64,000 bases of DNA, taken from the NCBI GenBank assembly GCA_977016875.1, contig CDRNST010000318.1, positions 248,001 through 312,000 on the forward strand. Direction: 5' to 3'. Origin of the DNA: Pavona decussata. Lineage: Eukaryota. Below the pieces are notes generated by a model. It saw only the letters and a program-made list of their open reading frames with translations. It did not search any database and was not told where the DNA came from. Of this stretch, positions 11,211 to 21,834 are shown piece after piece. Numbering within the stretch: position 1 is the stretch's first letter; each line of letters starts with the position of its first letter. The position numbers and the translations under genes are program-made.

Positions 11211-13343
11211 ATGACAACTACCAGTCCACCTAATCTTCGTTCTCGAGCTCGCGTTGATTACGCTGCACTTCATGACGGCCGTTTGGATCCGAGTGCAGCG
11301 CTGGACGCAGAACAGGACGTGTTCCACGACAGCTTCTCAGATTTACCTCGTGATAGTACTTCTTCTCCAGCGCCTCCGTCGCCTCGACAGGCTTTAGCAG
11401 ACCAGCTGGCTGCAGCGAAGGCGGAACGACAATCGTTGACGGTCGAGGCCGAGCTGCGAGCCATGCAAGAGGAATTGGCCTCAATTCAAGCTGACAATAA
11501 ACGCCTGCAGGCGAAAGCAAAGGCGCCATGGTCGTCGCAAGCAAAAGGGGGCGTTCCTTCGGTGGACCAAGTTCGTTCTATTCCCGATGTCTCCGCTCGT
11601 GTTGCTAATTAAAGAGCTGGACAAGCTGGGGCTCGACTCCGCCGCCTCTGATGAGAGCAGTTCCGCCGAGGATGATGATCTCGAGCGTCGTAAAACCAAG
11701 AAAAGATCGGAAGGTAAGAAGTCCGGGAAACTTTCCAAAGTGACAAGTCGCATAGTACAGCCGCAGTTATGGCCGCAGAGCGAGCTCAGTATATCATACG
11801 TTAGCAAGGATGTTAAATATGACGACCTTTCCTTACCTGAATTTGTTGCCGGTTACTCCTCCATTTTATCTTTGCCTTTACTGCCATCACAGGAAAAGCA
11901 GGCTCGAATGGAACATTTAACTACGCTCATGTATCTGGCCGCTCAATTCCCGTGGCCGATCGTTCGTGATTTTCATGCCGCCGTCTTATTTGAGATCGAA
12001 CGAGGCCGGGCCCACTGGGGCGACTCCTTCCATCATTTGGAAAACCGTTTCTTGCACCGTTCCTACGCTGGGAAGGCTGGCTCGTCTGGCTCCGGAGACA
12101 AATCTTCTTCGGCTCGTGGCAATTTTTATTGCAAAGAGTGGCAAAAGGGCAAGTGTTCCCACAAGAATGATCACTATGGGCTTATTCGTAACGAGCGAAA
12201 ATGGGTGAAGCACATCTGCGGTAAATGCTTCCGAACCGATCAAACTATCTCTCGCCATCCAGAATCATCTTCTACTTGTCCGTTACAGCCTGCAGATTCG
12301 TCTTCCCAAAACCTTCTGAGGAATGACTACCCGATTTTGATGAATACAGCTTTGACATTTTAACTGACTTTTTGCTATCTTCACCTTCCTCGCTTCCTGA
12401 CCCGGAGGGGGAAGTCTTCTCTTGGTCTCTCGACAATTTTCCCATAGATGTTATGGGCGCGCGTGAGAACGTCTCCTTGCGATCTTCATCGATATCGCCA
12501 TCGCTGGTTCCTGACAATCTTCCCCTCCGGGTGGACTGGGGTGCGCAGGAACAATCTTCAGATGACTTGTTCATGGTTGATTATACTTCATATTGTTTGA
12601 ACTTGCATGAATGTGTTCGTGCTTCAGGTCTCCCGAATTTTCGCTCCACTCGGCGAGCCGTTGTTTCTCGTTTACACATCACTAAATGGCGGGAGTATCT
12701 CCAGCATTATTTTGATAACATTGTTTGCGATTTCCTAGAATTTGGATGGCCTATTGATTACCAGAATTCCACCTTCCCTGTCACAGATTCGCGCACACAT
12801 CTGGGAGCGTTACAGTATCCAACTGCGGTGGACGCTTATCTTTCAACTGAGATCTTACGGGGTGCTGTGATTGGTCCTTTTGCCTCGAACCCGTTTTCAA
12901 GTGACATTGCTACTTCCCCACTGAACTCTGTCCCAAAAGCTGATTCGTCGGAGCGGCGTATTATTTTGGATCTGAGTTGGCCGCCAGGTACTTCTGTTAA
13001 CGATGGGATTTCGTCACACTCCTATCTGGGACAGGACTTTGACTTGTATTACCCCACTGTTGATCTCATTGCCTCTAAAGTGAACACGTATGGACGCGGT
13101 TGTCTTTTATTTAAGCGTGCCTACCGTCAATTTCCCGTGGACCCTGGGGACTACAACCTGCTGGGATATTGTTGGCATGGCAACTTTTATTTTGACACTG
13201 TTTTACCTATGGGTCTTCGGATGGCGGCCATGGCTTGTCAACGCATTACGCGCTCGGTTTGCTTTATTTGTGAACAATCAGGTTATGACGTGGTAAGCTA
13301 TTTGGATGACTTTATTGGTGTGTCCCTCCCATCTGAAACTTAG
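11211..13343 (+). mobile_element. 3'-truncated DIRS-order (Ngaro-like) retrotransposon: frameshifted gag plus partial RT
   Basis: Gag-like QLWPQ, DLSLPEFVAGY and AVLFEIERG..W with C-terminal Cys/His fingers. RT with EFGWPI, GPF, SPLNSVPK, RIILDLSWP, SVNDGI, LPMGLR and YLDDF. No RNase H or tyrosine recombinase follows. Confidence 0.88.
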
Positions 13344-13403
13344 CATTTTCGTTTTCGTTCCTTCTAAACCTTACCCCGCCATACAGGAAGTTTTTCGCTG
13401 TAA

Positions 13404-13832
13404 GAGGGGGGTGAATAGGGGTATGTAAATCCGCCGATCCGCTAAAATTAATGACTGAATCCGTCGATCCGCTCAACAAATCAACTAAATCCGAATCCGC
13501 AAATTGTTTGCCGCGTTAGATGATACGCGAGATACAAAGCGACTTCAGTTGTTGTAGTTGCCTTGCGTGATATTGTGTTTTAGCGTTGAGGATGACTATC
13601 AACGAAATATTTATGTGACCAATGTCTGTATCGAAACAAAATCTTGCAGATACGAGAAAAAAAAAACAACCTTGAACTTCCTAACAACCAAAATCCAAAA
13701 TCCGGGCCCCAAAACTGGATATAACCGCGATCCGCTGTGATCATAGGATCTGCAAATCCGTTAAAATTTCGCTCTGAGGCTAAAATAGTTACCAAATATA
13801 TCCGCCGATCCGTAGACCTATTCACCCCCCTC
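13404..13832. mobile_element. MITE with perfect 16-bp TIR and 6-bp TSD CTGTAA
   Basis: gaggggggtgaatagg ... cctattcacccccctc; ctgtaa at 13398-13403 and 13833-13838; many internal ATCCG motifs. Confidence 0.9.
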
Positions 13833-14760
13833 CTGTAACCTAATCACTGAACACGCCTTTGTCTGGTTCCTGTTTCATTACAGGTTGTCAGGTTAATTCT
13901 GCTCAGCTGACAGCCAGCAGGTTCCGATCGATCATTGCCATTACAGCCCTACCAAACATTACCATGTTCATTTTTGTTTTTGTATAACAACCGAACATTT
14001 TGCCAGCCGCTTCGTCTATTTTTACACAATATTGGCCTCTTTTAACCAACCGTGTATTCTGTATATTTCAGGAATGTTTCTAAGATGCCAGGATTTATAA
14101 ATAGATGTCATTTTAGCTACCAAAAGCGAAGCGCAAAGCAGTCGCAGTGACGAAACCAGAATGGAACGCAAAGCTGTTTTCCCGGTTCACGATAAGAACT
14201 TCCCTCCCGACCCCAGTCACGATTTTCCCGCGCGTCGAGGCACTAGCGAGGATTATAAACTGAATTATTAAACACCAAAAAAATCCAAACGAATGTTTTT
14301 ATTAGGTATATGAGAAATAACAGACAGACTAAAATTTTGAAACACAAACAAACGGTATAAACTCTGAAACAGCTGGTGTCGCGTTACATCTAAAACGGGC
14401 TATTAAACAGACGGTAATATATAGCAGCGAGTGGAATCTTCGCTGTTTACGATCCTTTACCTAAAATCAATCAGTTCTTAGTTCGCTCAGTCCCTTCTAT
14501 AAAGCTACATCTAGCAACGCTGAAAGTGGAAAGGTCAATACAACTGTGGTATAAAACTGAAGAAATCGGAATAAAATTTACTAGGAATTAATACGTGTAA
14601 TTAAACAGCTACAATGCAACACGAAACTACAAAGTTACAGTTTATGATATTGCACGATTAAGTGAACATGTCTTCGAGGTCTTCTGCAAGGGCCTAGATT
14701 ATAACATATAAAAGCTTGAGACGCCTACAGGGCCACAGCAGCTTGGTTCAGCTCCATCTT

Positions 14761-15090
14761 CTAAGAGCGAGCAATGGCCATTGGGCCAGGTCCCCCTCTC
14801 ACTTCCTGCGCTGATTGCACCAACACACACAGCGGACAGCAGCAAGTCGCGATCAGGTCATTCACGAACGTACCATCGATGCCTTTCTCCTCGCGAATCT
14901 TGGATCGGATCTGCGCAATGGAAAATAAATCCACCAAAGGAACAAAGGTGGCGAGCCCGCACAGAACGCAGCTTTCTCCCACAGCCTCCGCGTTCTTGCC
15001 AGCGGTGTAGCAAGGGCAGAAATAGGTTATGATGCATGTTCCGCAGTCATCGAAACAACCAAACAATCCATGGGACCACTGCTTTGCCAT
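14761..15090 (-). CDS. PLAC8/cornifelin-family Cys-rich protein, copy 1 (109 aa, intronless)
   Basis: W.HGLFGCFDDC..C....FCPC, R..IR...GI.G....D.....CC..C.L.Q family signature. Confidence 0.93.
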   Translation of the reverse strand: MAKQWSHGLFGCFDDCGTCIITYFCPCYTAGKNAEAVGESCVLCGLATFVPLVDLFSIAQIRSKIREEKGIDGTFVNDLIATCCCPLCVLVQSAQEVRGGPGPMAIARS

Positions 15091-15740
15091 AGTCGAGCGG
15101 AAAATCAGCGAAAAAGCGAAGTAAGGACGATGAAATTCAGACTTCTTTGATCAGACCACGTTGTAAATGTGCAGGCGAACAGGATAGCACCAGCTAAGGA
15201 CAGCGCCTTGTCTCGCTTACACGTCATGACCGCACGTGATTGCCAACTGAAGTGAAACCGGAAATATCGTTTGACGGTAAGCAGACTCAATCGAGTATAA
15301 AATCACGTAAGCTACAGATGCTATAACTTTCAACTTTACTCATTGCTTCCATCGCCTAATATATTTGTCTAAACTGATTCTTGTAATATAAGTTTGAGAG
15401 GGAGTCAATAGAAAAGCAAAAAAAAATTGTATATCTGTTTAATGTGTTAGAAAAGGCGCGTGCATCCATTTTCCTCTGTTGTTTCTGGTGTTTCTGAGGT
15501 TTCAACAAAGTGCGGGAGAAATTTTACTATATTTACTCAAGATGTTGCCGCAGTAACGTATTTTGTTCCGAACGTTGAGTATAAATCGAAGAAAATTTCC
15601 ATAATTCTTTTTTTTTTTTTTCCTGTATTGCCTAAGTCCACGTTTGATGGATTTTTCCTTTCACTTTCGACCACTTTCGATATGTATTCAGGGTTTCTAA
15701 GGATCCGTATTTCACCCTTCAAAGCACTCACAACATTATA

Positions 15741-15981
15741 CGATCAGGTCATTCACGAACGTACCATCGATGCCTTTCTGCTCGCGAATCTTGGATCGGA
15801 TCTGCGCAATGGAAAACAAATCCACCAAAGGAACAAAGGTGGCGAGCCCGCACAGAACGCAGCTTTCGCCCACAGCCTCCGCGTTCTTGCCAGCGGTTTA
15901 GCAATGGCAGAAATAGGTTGTGATGCATGTTCCGCAGTCATCGAAACAACCAAACAATCCATGGGACCACTGCTTTGCCAT
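15741..15981 (-). pseudogene. Truncated PLAC8 copy with a premature stop
   Basis: Codon 28 TAC>TAA; 3' end lost after ..NDLI; about 6 substitutions relative to copy 1. Confidence 0.9.
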
Positions 15982-16532
15982 AGTCGAGCGGAAAATCAGC
16001 GAAAAAGCGAAGTAAGGACGATGAAATTCAGACTTCTTTGATCAGACCACGTTGTAAATGTGCAGGCGAACAGGATAGCACCAGCTAAGGACAGCGCCTT
16101 GTCTCGCTTACACGTCATGACCGCACGTGATTGCCAACTGAAGTGAAACCGGAAATATCGTTTGACGGTAAGCAGACTCAATCGAGTATAAAATCACGTA
16201 AGCTACAGATGCTATAACTTTCAACTTTACTCATTGCTTCCATCGCCTGATATATTTGTCTAAACTGATTCTTGTAATATAAGTTTGAGAGGGAGTCAAT
16301 AGAAAAGCAAAAAAAATTGTATATCTGTTTAATGAAATCGGAATAAAATTTACTAGGAATTAATACGTGTAATTAAACAGCTACAATGCAACACGAAACT
16401 ACAAAGTTACAGTTTATGATATTGCACGATTAAGTGAACATGTCTTCGAGGTCTTCTACAAGGGCCTAGATTATAACATATAAAAGCTTGAGACGCCTAC
16501 AGGGCCACAGCAGCTTGGTTCAGCTCCATCTT

Positions 16533-16862
16533 CTAAGAGCGAGCAATGGCCATTGGGCCAGGTCCCCCTCTCACTTCCTGCGCTGATTGCACCAACACAC
16601 ACAGCGGACAGCAGCAAGTCGCGATCAGGTCATTCACGAACGTACCATCGATGCCTTTCTCCTCGCGAATCTTGGATCGGATCTGCGCAATGGAAAATAA
16701 ATCCACCAAAGGAACAAAGGTGGCGAGCCCGCACAGAACGCAGCTTTCTCCCACAGCCTCCGCGTTCTTGCCAGCGGTGTAGCAAGGGCAGAAATAGGTT
16801 ATGATGCATGTTCCGCAGTCATCGAAACAACCAAACAATCCATGGGACCACTGCTTTGCCAT
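16533..16862 (-). CDS. PLAC8/cornifelin-family protein, copy 2 (identical protein)
   Basis: Same 109 aa, offset by 1772 bp; flanks differ by a few SNPs. Confidence 0.93.
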   Translation of the reverse strand: MAKQWSHGLFGCFDDCGTCIITYFCPCYTAGKNAEAVGESCVLCGLATFVPLVDLFSIAQIRSKIREEKGIDGTFVNDLIATCCCPLCVLVQSAQEVRGGPGPMAIARS

Positions 16863-17505
16863 AGTCGAGCGGAAAATCAGCGAAAAAGCGAAGTAAGGAC
16901 GATGAAATTCAGACTTCTTTGATCAGACCACGTTGTAAATGTGCAGGCGAACAGGATAGCACCAGCTAAGGACAGCGCCTTGTCTCGCTTACACGTCATG
17001 ACCGCACGTGATTGGCAACTGAGGTGAAACCGGAAATATCGTTTGACGGTAAGCAGACTCAATCGAGTATAAAATCACGTAAGCTACAGATGCTATAACT
17101 TTCAACTTTACTCATTGCTTCCATCGCCTGATATATTTGTCTAAACTGATTCTTGTAATATAAGTTTGAGAGGGAGTCAATAGAAAAGCAAAAAAAAATT
17201 GTATATCTGTTTAATGTGTTAGAAAAGGCGCGTGCATCCATTTTCCTCTTTTGTTTCTGGTGTTTCTGAGGTTTCAACAAAGTGCGGGAGAAATTTTACT
17301 ATATTTACTCAAGATGTTACCGCAGTAACGTATTTTGTTCCGAACGTTGAATATAAATCGAAGAAAATTTCCATAATTCTTTTTTTTTTTTCCTGTATTG
17401 CCTAAGTCCACGTTTGATGGATTTTTCCTTTCACTTTCGACCACTTTCGATATGTATTCAGGGTTTCTAAGGATCCGTATTTCACCCTTCAAAGCACTCA
17501 CAACA

Positions 17506-17712
17506 TTATACGATCAGGTCATTGACGAACGTACCATCGATGCCTTTCTGCTCGCGAATCTTGGATCGGATCTGCGCAATGGAAAACAAATCCACCAAAG
17601 GAAGCCCGCACAGAACGCAGCTTTCTCCCACAGCCTCCGCGTTCTTGCCAGCGGTGTAGCAGGGGCAGTCATCGAAACAACCAAACAATCCATGGGACCA
17701 CTGCTTTGCCAT
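17506..17712 (-). pseudogene. Internally deleted, truncated PLAC8 copy (68-aa frame still open)
   Basis: In-frame loss of 9 aa (GTCIITYFC) and 4 aa (ATFV); C-terminus lost; upstream promoter segment replaced. Confidence 0.85.
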
Positions 17713-18917
17713 AGTAGAGCGGAAAATCAACAAAGTGCGGGAGAAATTTTACTATATTTACTCAAGATGTTGCCGCAGTAACGTATTTTGTTCCGAACGT
17801 TGAATATAAATCGAAGAAAATTTCCATAATTCTTTTTTTTTTCCGGTATTGCCTAAGTCCACGTTTGATGGATTTTTCCTTTCACTTTCGACCACTTTCG
17901 ATATGTATTCAGGGTTTCTAAGGATCCGTATTTCACCCTTCAAAGCACTCACGACATTATACTTTATAATTTCCTTTCACTTTCCCCGACTCCTACCAAC
18001 CTACACCCTTATTAAAATCCCATTACCTCTAGTACGTATCGGTTGAGCGTCCGAATCTTGTCGAAGTGAAAGATTTCTCCTTTAACTTTTGGTACTGCCG
18101 TATTCCTATTACTTTAAATTCAGTAGGTATTGAACTAAGAGTTTTCAGCACTTATAATCGACTACCGATATTACTCTTTGCACTCACGGCGAAGTGCTGC
18201 TAGTTTTGTCACGCAATCTTTTTATCCCAGAGTGTTTCAACGAGAACAGTTTATTTGACAGTAACAGTCGTACTTTTTTCCTCACATCATGGAATGACGG
18301 TAAAATTATGAAAATGAGAAAAGTGAGCAAGGAAGTCTACAAAATATATACAGTAAAAATTGTTGAACAATTAATTTAAATTAATAATCATGCGTGGCCT
18401 TTGTTTACTTTTCTGGAAAGCTTAAAAAATAAACAACTTAATTTCTTGCAGATGAAGGGACCATGTTATTGAAAAGAAAAAGTAATACGAGGCTCACTCA
18501 CAGCGTTAAAATTGGGGTATTTAAAATTCATATCAATAAAAAAGCGCTTTTTGGACAATCGTGTCATGGGAGCGAGCGAAGCGCGCGAGAAAATCGCCTC
18601 ACGCGAGGATTCCTCCGCGCGTGAGCCTTCTCGCGGGAGGTAATATTTCGCGCGCTTTTCCCAACGAAAAATATATTGGGACTACTTGTAATCTACCTCA
18701 TTGGATGAACAATACTGAGATATTCTTATAGATTTTGCTGAATTTTTTTCGCCGTGACGCATGTGCGCAGTACCTACCTTTTTAAGTTCGAAATCACGGT
18801 CTGTCTGCGTTACATGCAATTATTAAATATTCATTGTTTTAATTCTGTTTCGATCAGTTTGAAGGAAGAATCAAATAAAAAATCAAGCAAAATAGAGAAA
18901 TAATTAATTAATAATTA

Positions 18918-19904
18918 AAATGGTTAATAAGCAATCAACTTACTCTAAATGTTAAGAAATCAAATTTTATTGTCTTTAAATCTCGTAGTAAAAAGCTCAA
19001 AAAGGAGCTTAATATTAAATTAAATAACAAGACTTTAGAAAGAGTTAAACAAACGAAGTTTTTGGGAATCATAGTTGATGAACACTTGACATGGAAAGAT
19101 CACATTGATTATGTTACTTTAAAAATAATAAGAATTTGCGGAATTCTACGAAGAATTCGCTTTTTTCTGAACCAATCAACACTAAAATTATTATATTATA
19201 GCTTAATATACCCTTACCTACACTATGGAAATATAGTTTGGGCTCATAACTTTCCTACACGGTTAGAAAATTTTAAGAATTATCACTTTCTCTCCTTATA
19301 ATACATTATCTCTTCCACTTTTCAATAAGTTGGAAATTCTAAACATACACCAAATAAATGATCTCTTGATTTCTTCATTCAGTTACAACCTGGTCAACAA
19401 TGCTCCTCCACCTTATTTTAATAATTTTTGTATTATTAATGCAGAACTTCACAATTATCATACAAGAAGTTCAAGAAAGCTACATAAAACTTTTAATAGG
19501 ACAAATTATAGAGTTTATTCAACTCGCAACAAAGTAATTAATACTTGGAATAATATTCCTGCACCTATTAAAATCAAATAGTGTTTTTATTTTCAACAAG
19601 AATATGAAAAAGTTTGTGATTTCTGGTGCTTGACGCTTTTGGACAATTTTACTTTATTATACTGGTACTGAAATAATGATTAGATTAAGCCTTGGCTACA
19701 TATAGTTAACGTATATCGTACAATACAATTAACAAGTAATGTACCGATACCTATTAATTAATTTTATAGTTATGTATTGTAATAGGGGAGCTGCCTTGTA
19801 AAAGCCCGCAAGGGTTTCTTCAGTTTCCCTCCCAAATAGTTATCTTATTTTGTCACATTTCACATTGTAAATGATTTCAAATATGGGTAAATAAACAATC
19901 AATC
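18918..19904 (+). mobile_element. 5'-truncated CR1/L2-group LINE (RT C-terminus and 3' UTR), degenerate
   Basis: WL.SNQLTLNVKKS, KFLGIIVDEHLTWKDHI, LYYSLIYPYLHYGNIVW and HNYHTR; ends aataaacaatcaatc. Confidence 0.88.
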
Positions 19905-20256
19905 AGAATAGTATTGTAGTTTCCTTCTATCATGCTAGATTGTATGATGTCACTTTGATGATTTTCGAAAACATGATAATTTGTTTTAGTTTATTTACGT
20001 AGTCTACAAATGCATTCCTGTCTTGTTCCCACTTGACCAATACAGCTTCCTGACCAATATCACCATTAAAAACAACAACTTTGTTGAACAAGGAGCCCCA
20101 AAAAACTTATCTCCCTCAGCAAGTTCTGATTACAAATCGATATTTGTATAGGCTCTTGATAAACAAACAAACAATTAGCGCCAGAAATTTGAAATTTGGA
20201 GGTACTATTTACTGAACAATACAGTCGAAACCTCCAGTACAACAACACTTTATCAA

Positions 20257-20257
<1 letters not shown>

Positions 20258-20291
<34 letters not shown>

Positions 20292-20500
20292 CTTTATTTA
20301 AAAACAGAGGGTTACAAGTTAGGTATATACCCGCAAATAGCTAAAGCTAGTCGAGGCGGGTAGGTATGACTATATTAAACTAAATGCAAATAAATTTTGG
20401 TGTTTACAAATTGACATTATTAACAAAGCTTACAAAGCAACAGCAGCAACTAAAATAAAACTTAAATAACCAACAAACAAATAAGTGAATATAGAGAACA
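20258..20500 (-). mobile_element. 3' end of a LINE with an (AAC)n tail
   Basis: (aac)n followed by actttatt (AATAAA on minus) and the stem-loop cccgc..tagc..gcta..gcggg. Confidence 0.55.
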
Positions 20501-20534
20501 AATAATACGCCGCGGACTGACCTTCTGGACCAAA

Positions 20535-20712
20535 AAGTGTCCGCTTATGGGAAGTTAAATATGTAGTGTTTGTATGTAGCTGAGAACATGGCCAAGTGTC
20601 CGCTTATGCGGGAGGTTAAAAATGTAGTGTTTGTGTGAGAACATGACCAAGTGTTCGCTGATGGAAGTTTAAAAATGTAGTGTTTGTATGTAGTTGACGA
20701 ACATGACCAAGT
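20535..20712. repeat. About 57-bp tandem repeat, 3 copies (probably MITE-internal)
   Basis: aagtgtccgcttatgg..agttaaa.atgtagtgtttgt..gaacatgacc units. Confidence 0.75.
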
Positions 20713-21834
20713 AAATCCACCCCAGACGTCAAATTAAAAGGGAAAGAAAATCAAAAAGCTTCGGTCCGAAACTGTTTCAGCAAACATTGTCTGTCATGTG
20801 CTGGCCTCCCCCCAGATTTCTGTTGACAAAACGTAATAACTGTGCATGCAATTGTGCAAATAAAATAGTTTTCGGGTCCGGCAAGTTGTATGCCACGGGT
20901 TCTTGGGTCCCTCCCCTCCCTTTTCAAAAATTGACTGAACGTCCGCGCGGCGTGAAATGGTTCTTCCGAGGTGCGTCGCTTTTTTACTCAACATGCAACA
21001 TTTATTCTCCTGTTGCGCGCGCCGAAATCGTGAAAAGGCTCTTGTCCACAGTGCAGTGGTGACCGATTTTTTGAACCTCCCAGGGAAACTAAATTTGGTT
21101 CGCAAAATTGTTAGTTCCAAAAATCGGGGGTAAAAAATCTGACCGAAGCAAATCCAAATATACGGAAAGAACTTTTGGTTCGAAGAATCGGGAGTTTTGA
21201 TAAATTGAGAGTTTGAATAATCGAGATTCTGAATGTATCTGCAAGACTCAAGTGGAGCCTGGAAATGCTCATACACTTTATAATTTAAAATTGTCACTTG
21301 TTGTACGAAAACCTATGAAAGGGTTGAAGAAAAATAAACCTGTAATGATTAAGTTTCTCGGGTTAGGTACCTGAACGTGACCAATCTAAAAGGTTAAATA
21401 ATGTGTTTGTACAATTCATTTACCAATATAAAGACGCATTTGTGTACTCATTGAAAGGAAACATGGATCGCTACACAATGAACGTCACACGATTACGTCT
21501 TCATTTTCGACACTGGAAATGACCCAGCGGAAAAACAGCTTTCAGAGTTTTGCCCACCGTCATCAATTAGTGCAACCTGTACTCTTTTTGACACTTGACA
21601 CATCAGAAGTCTCGTCAATTCTGCATTGTATATTGACCGACACTGCCGACGACGTCTGTCATAGCATTCATTATACGCCAAATATACCTCGGTCAACAAG
21701 GTCATGTATACAGACGAAATTTAATAGAAAACATTAACGCTTCAGTCATCATTAGACAAATTTAAACAAGCGAACAGTGAAGTTTATTGCTGCAAATCGA
21801 ATCTGTGATATCCACGTTCATCTTGGGTAGAAAC

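Noticed and set aside
15460-16041. 193-aa plus-strand ORF and similar ORFs at 17398 and 17849
   Set aside because: Non-ATG starts; they are read-through of spacer DNA plus the antisense of PLAC8 pseudogenes.
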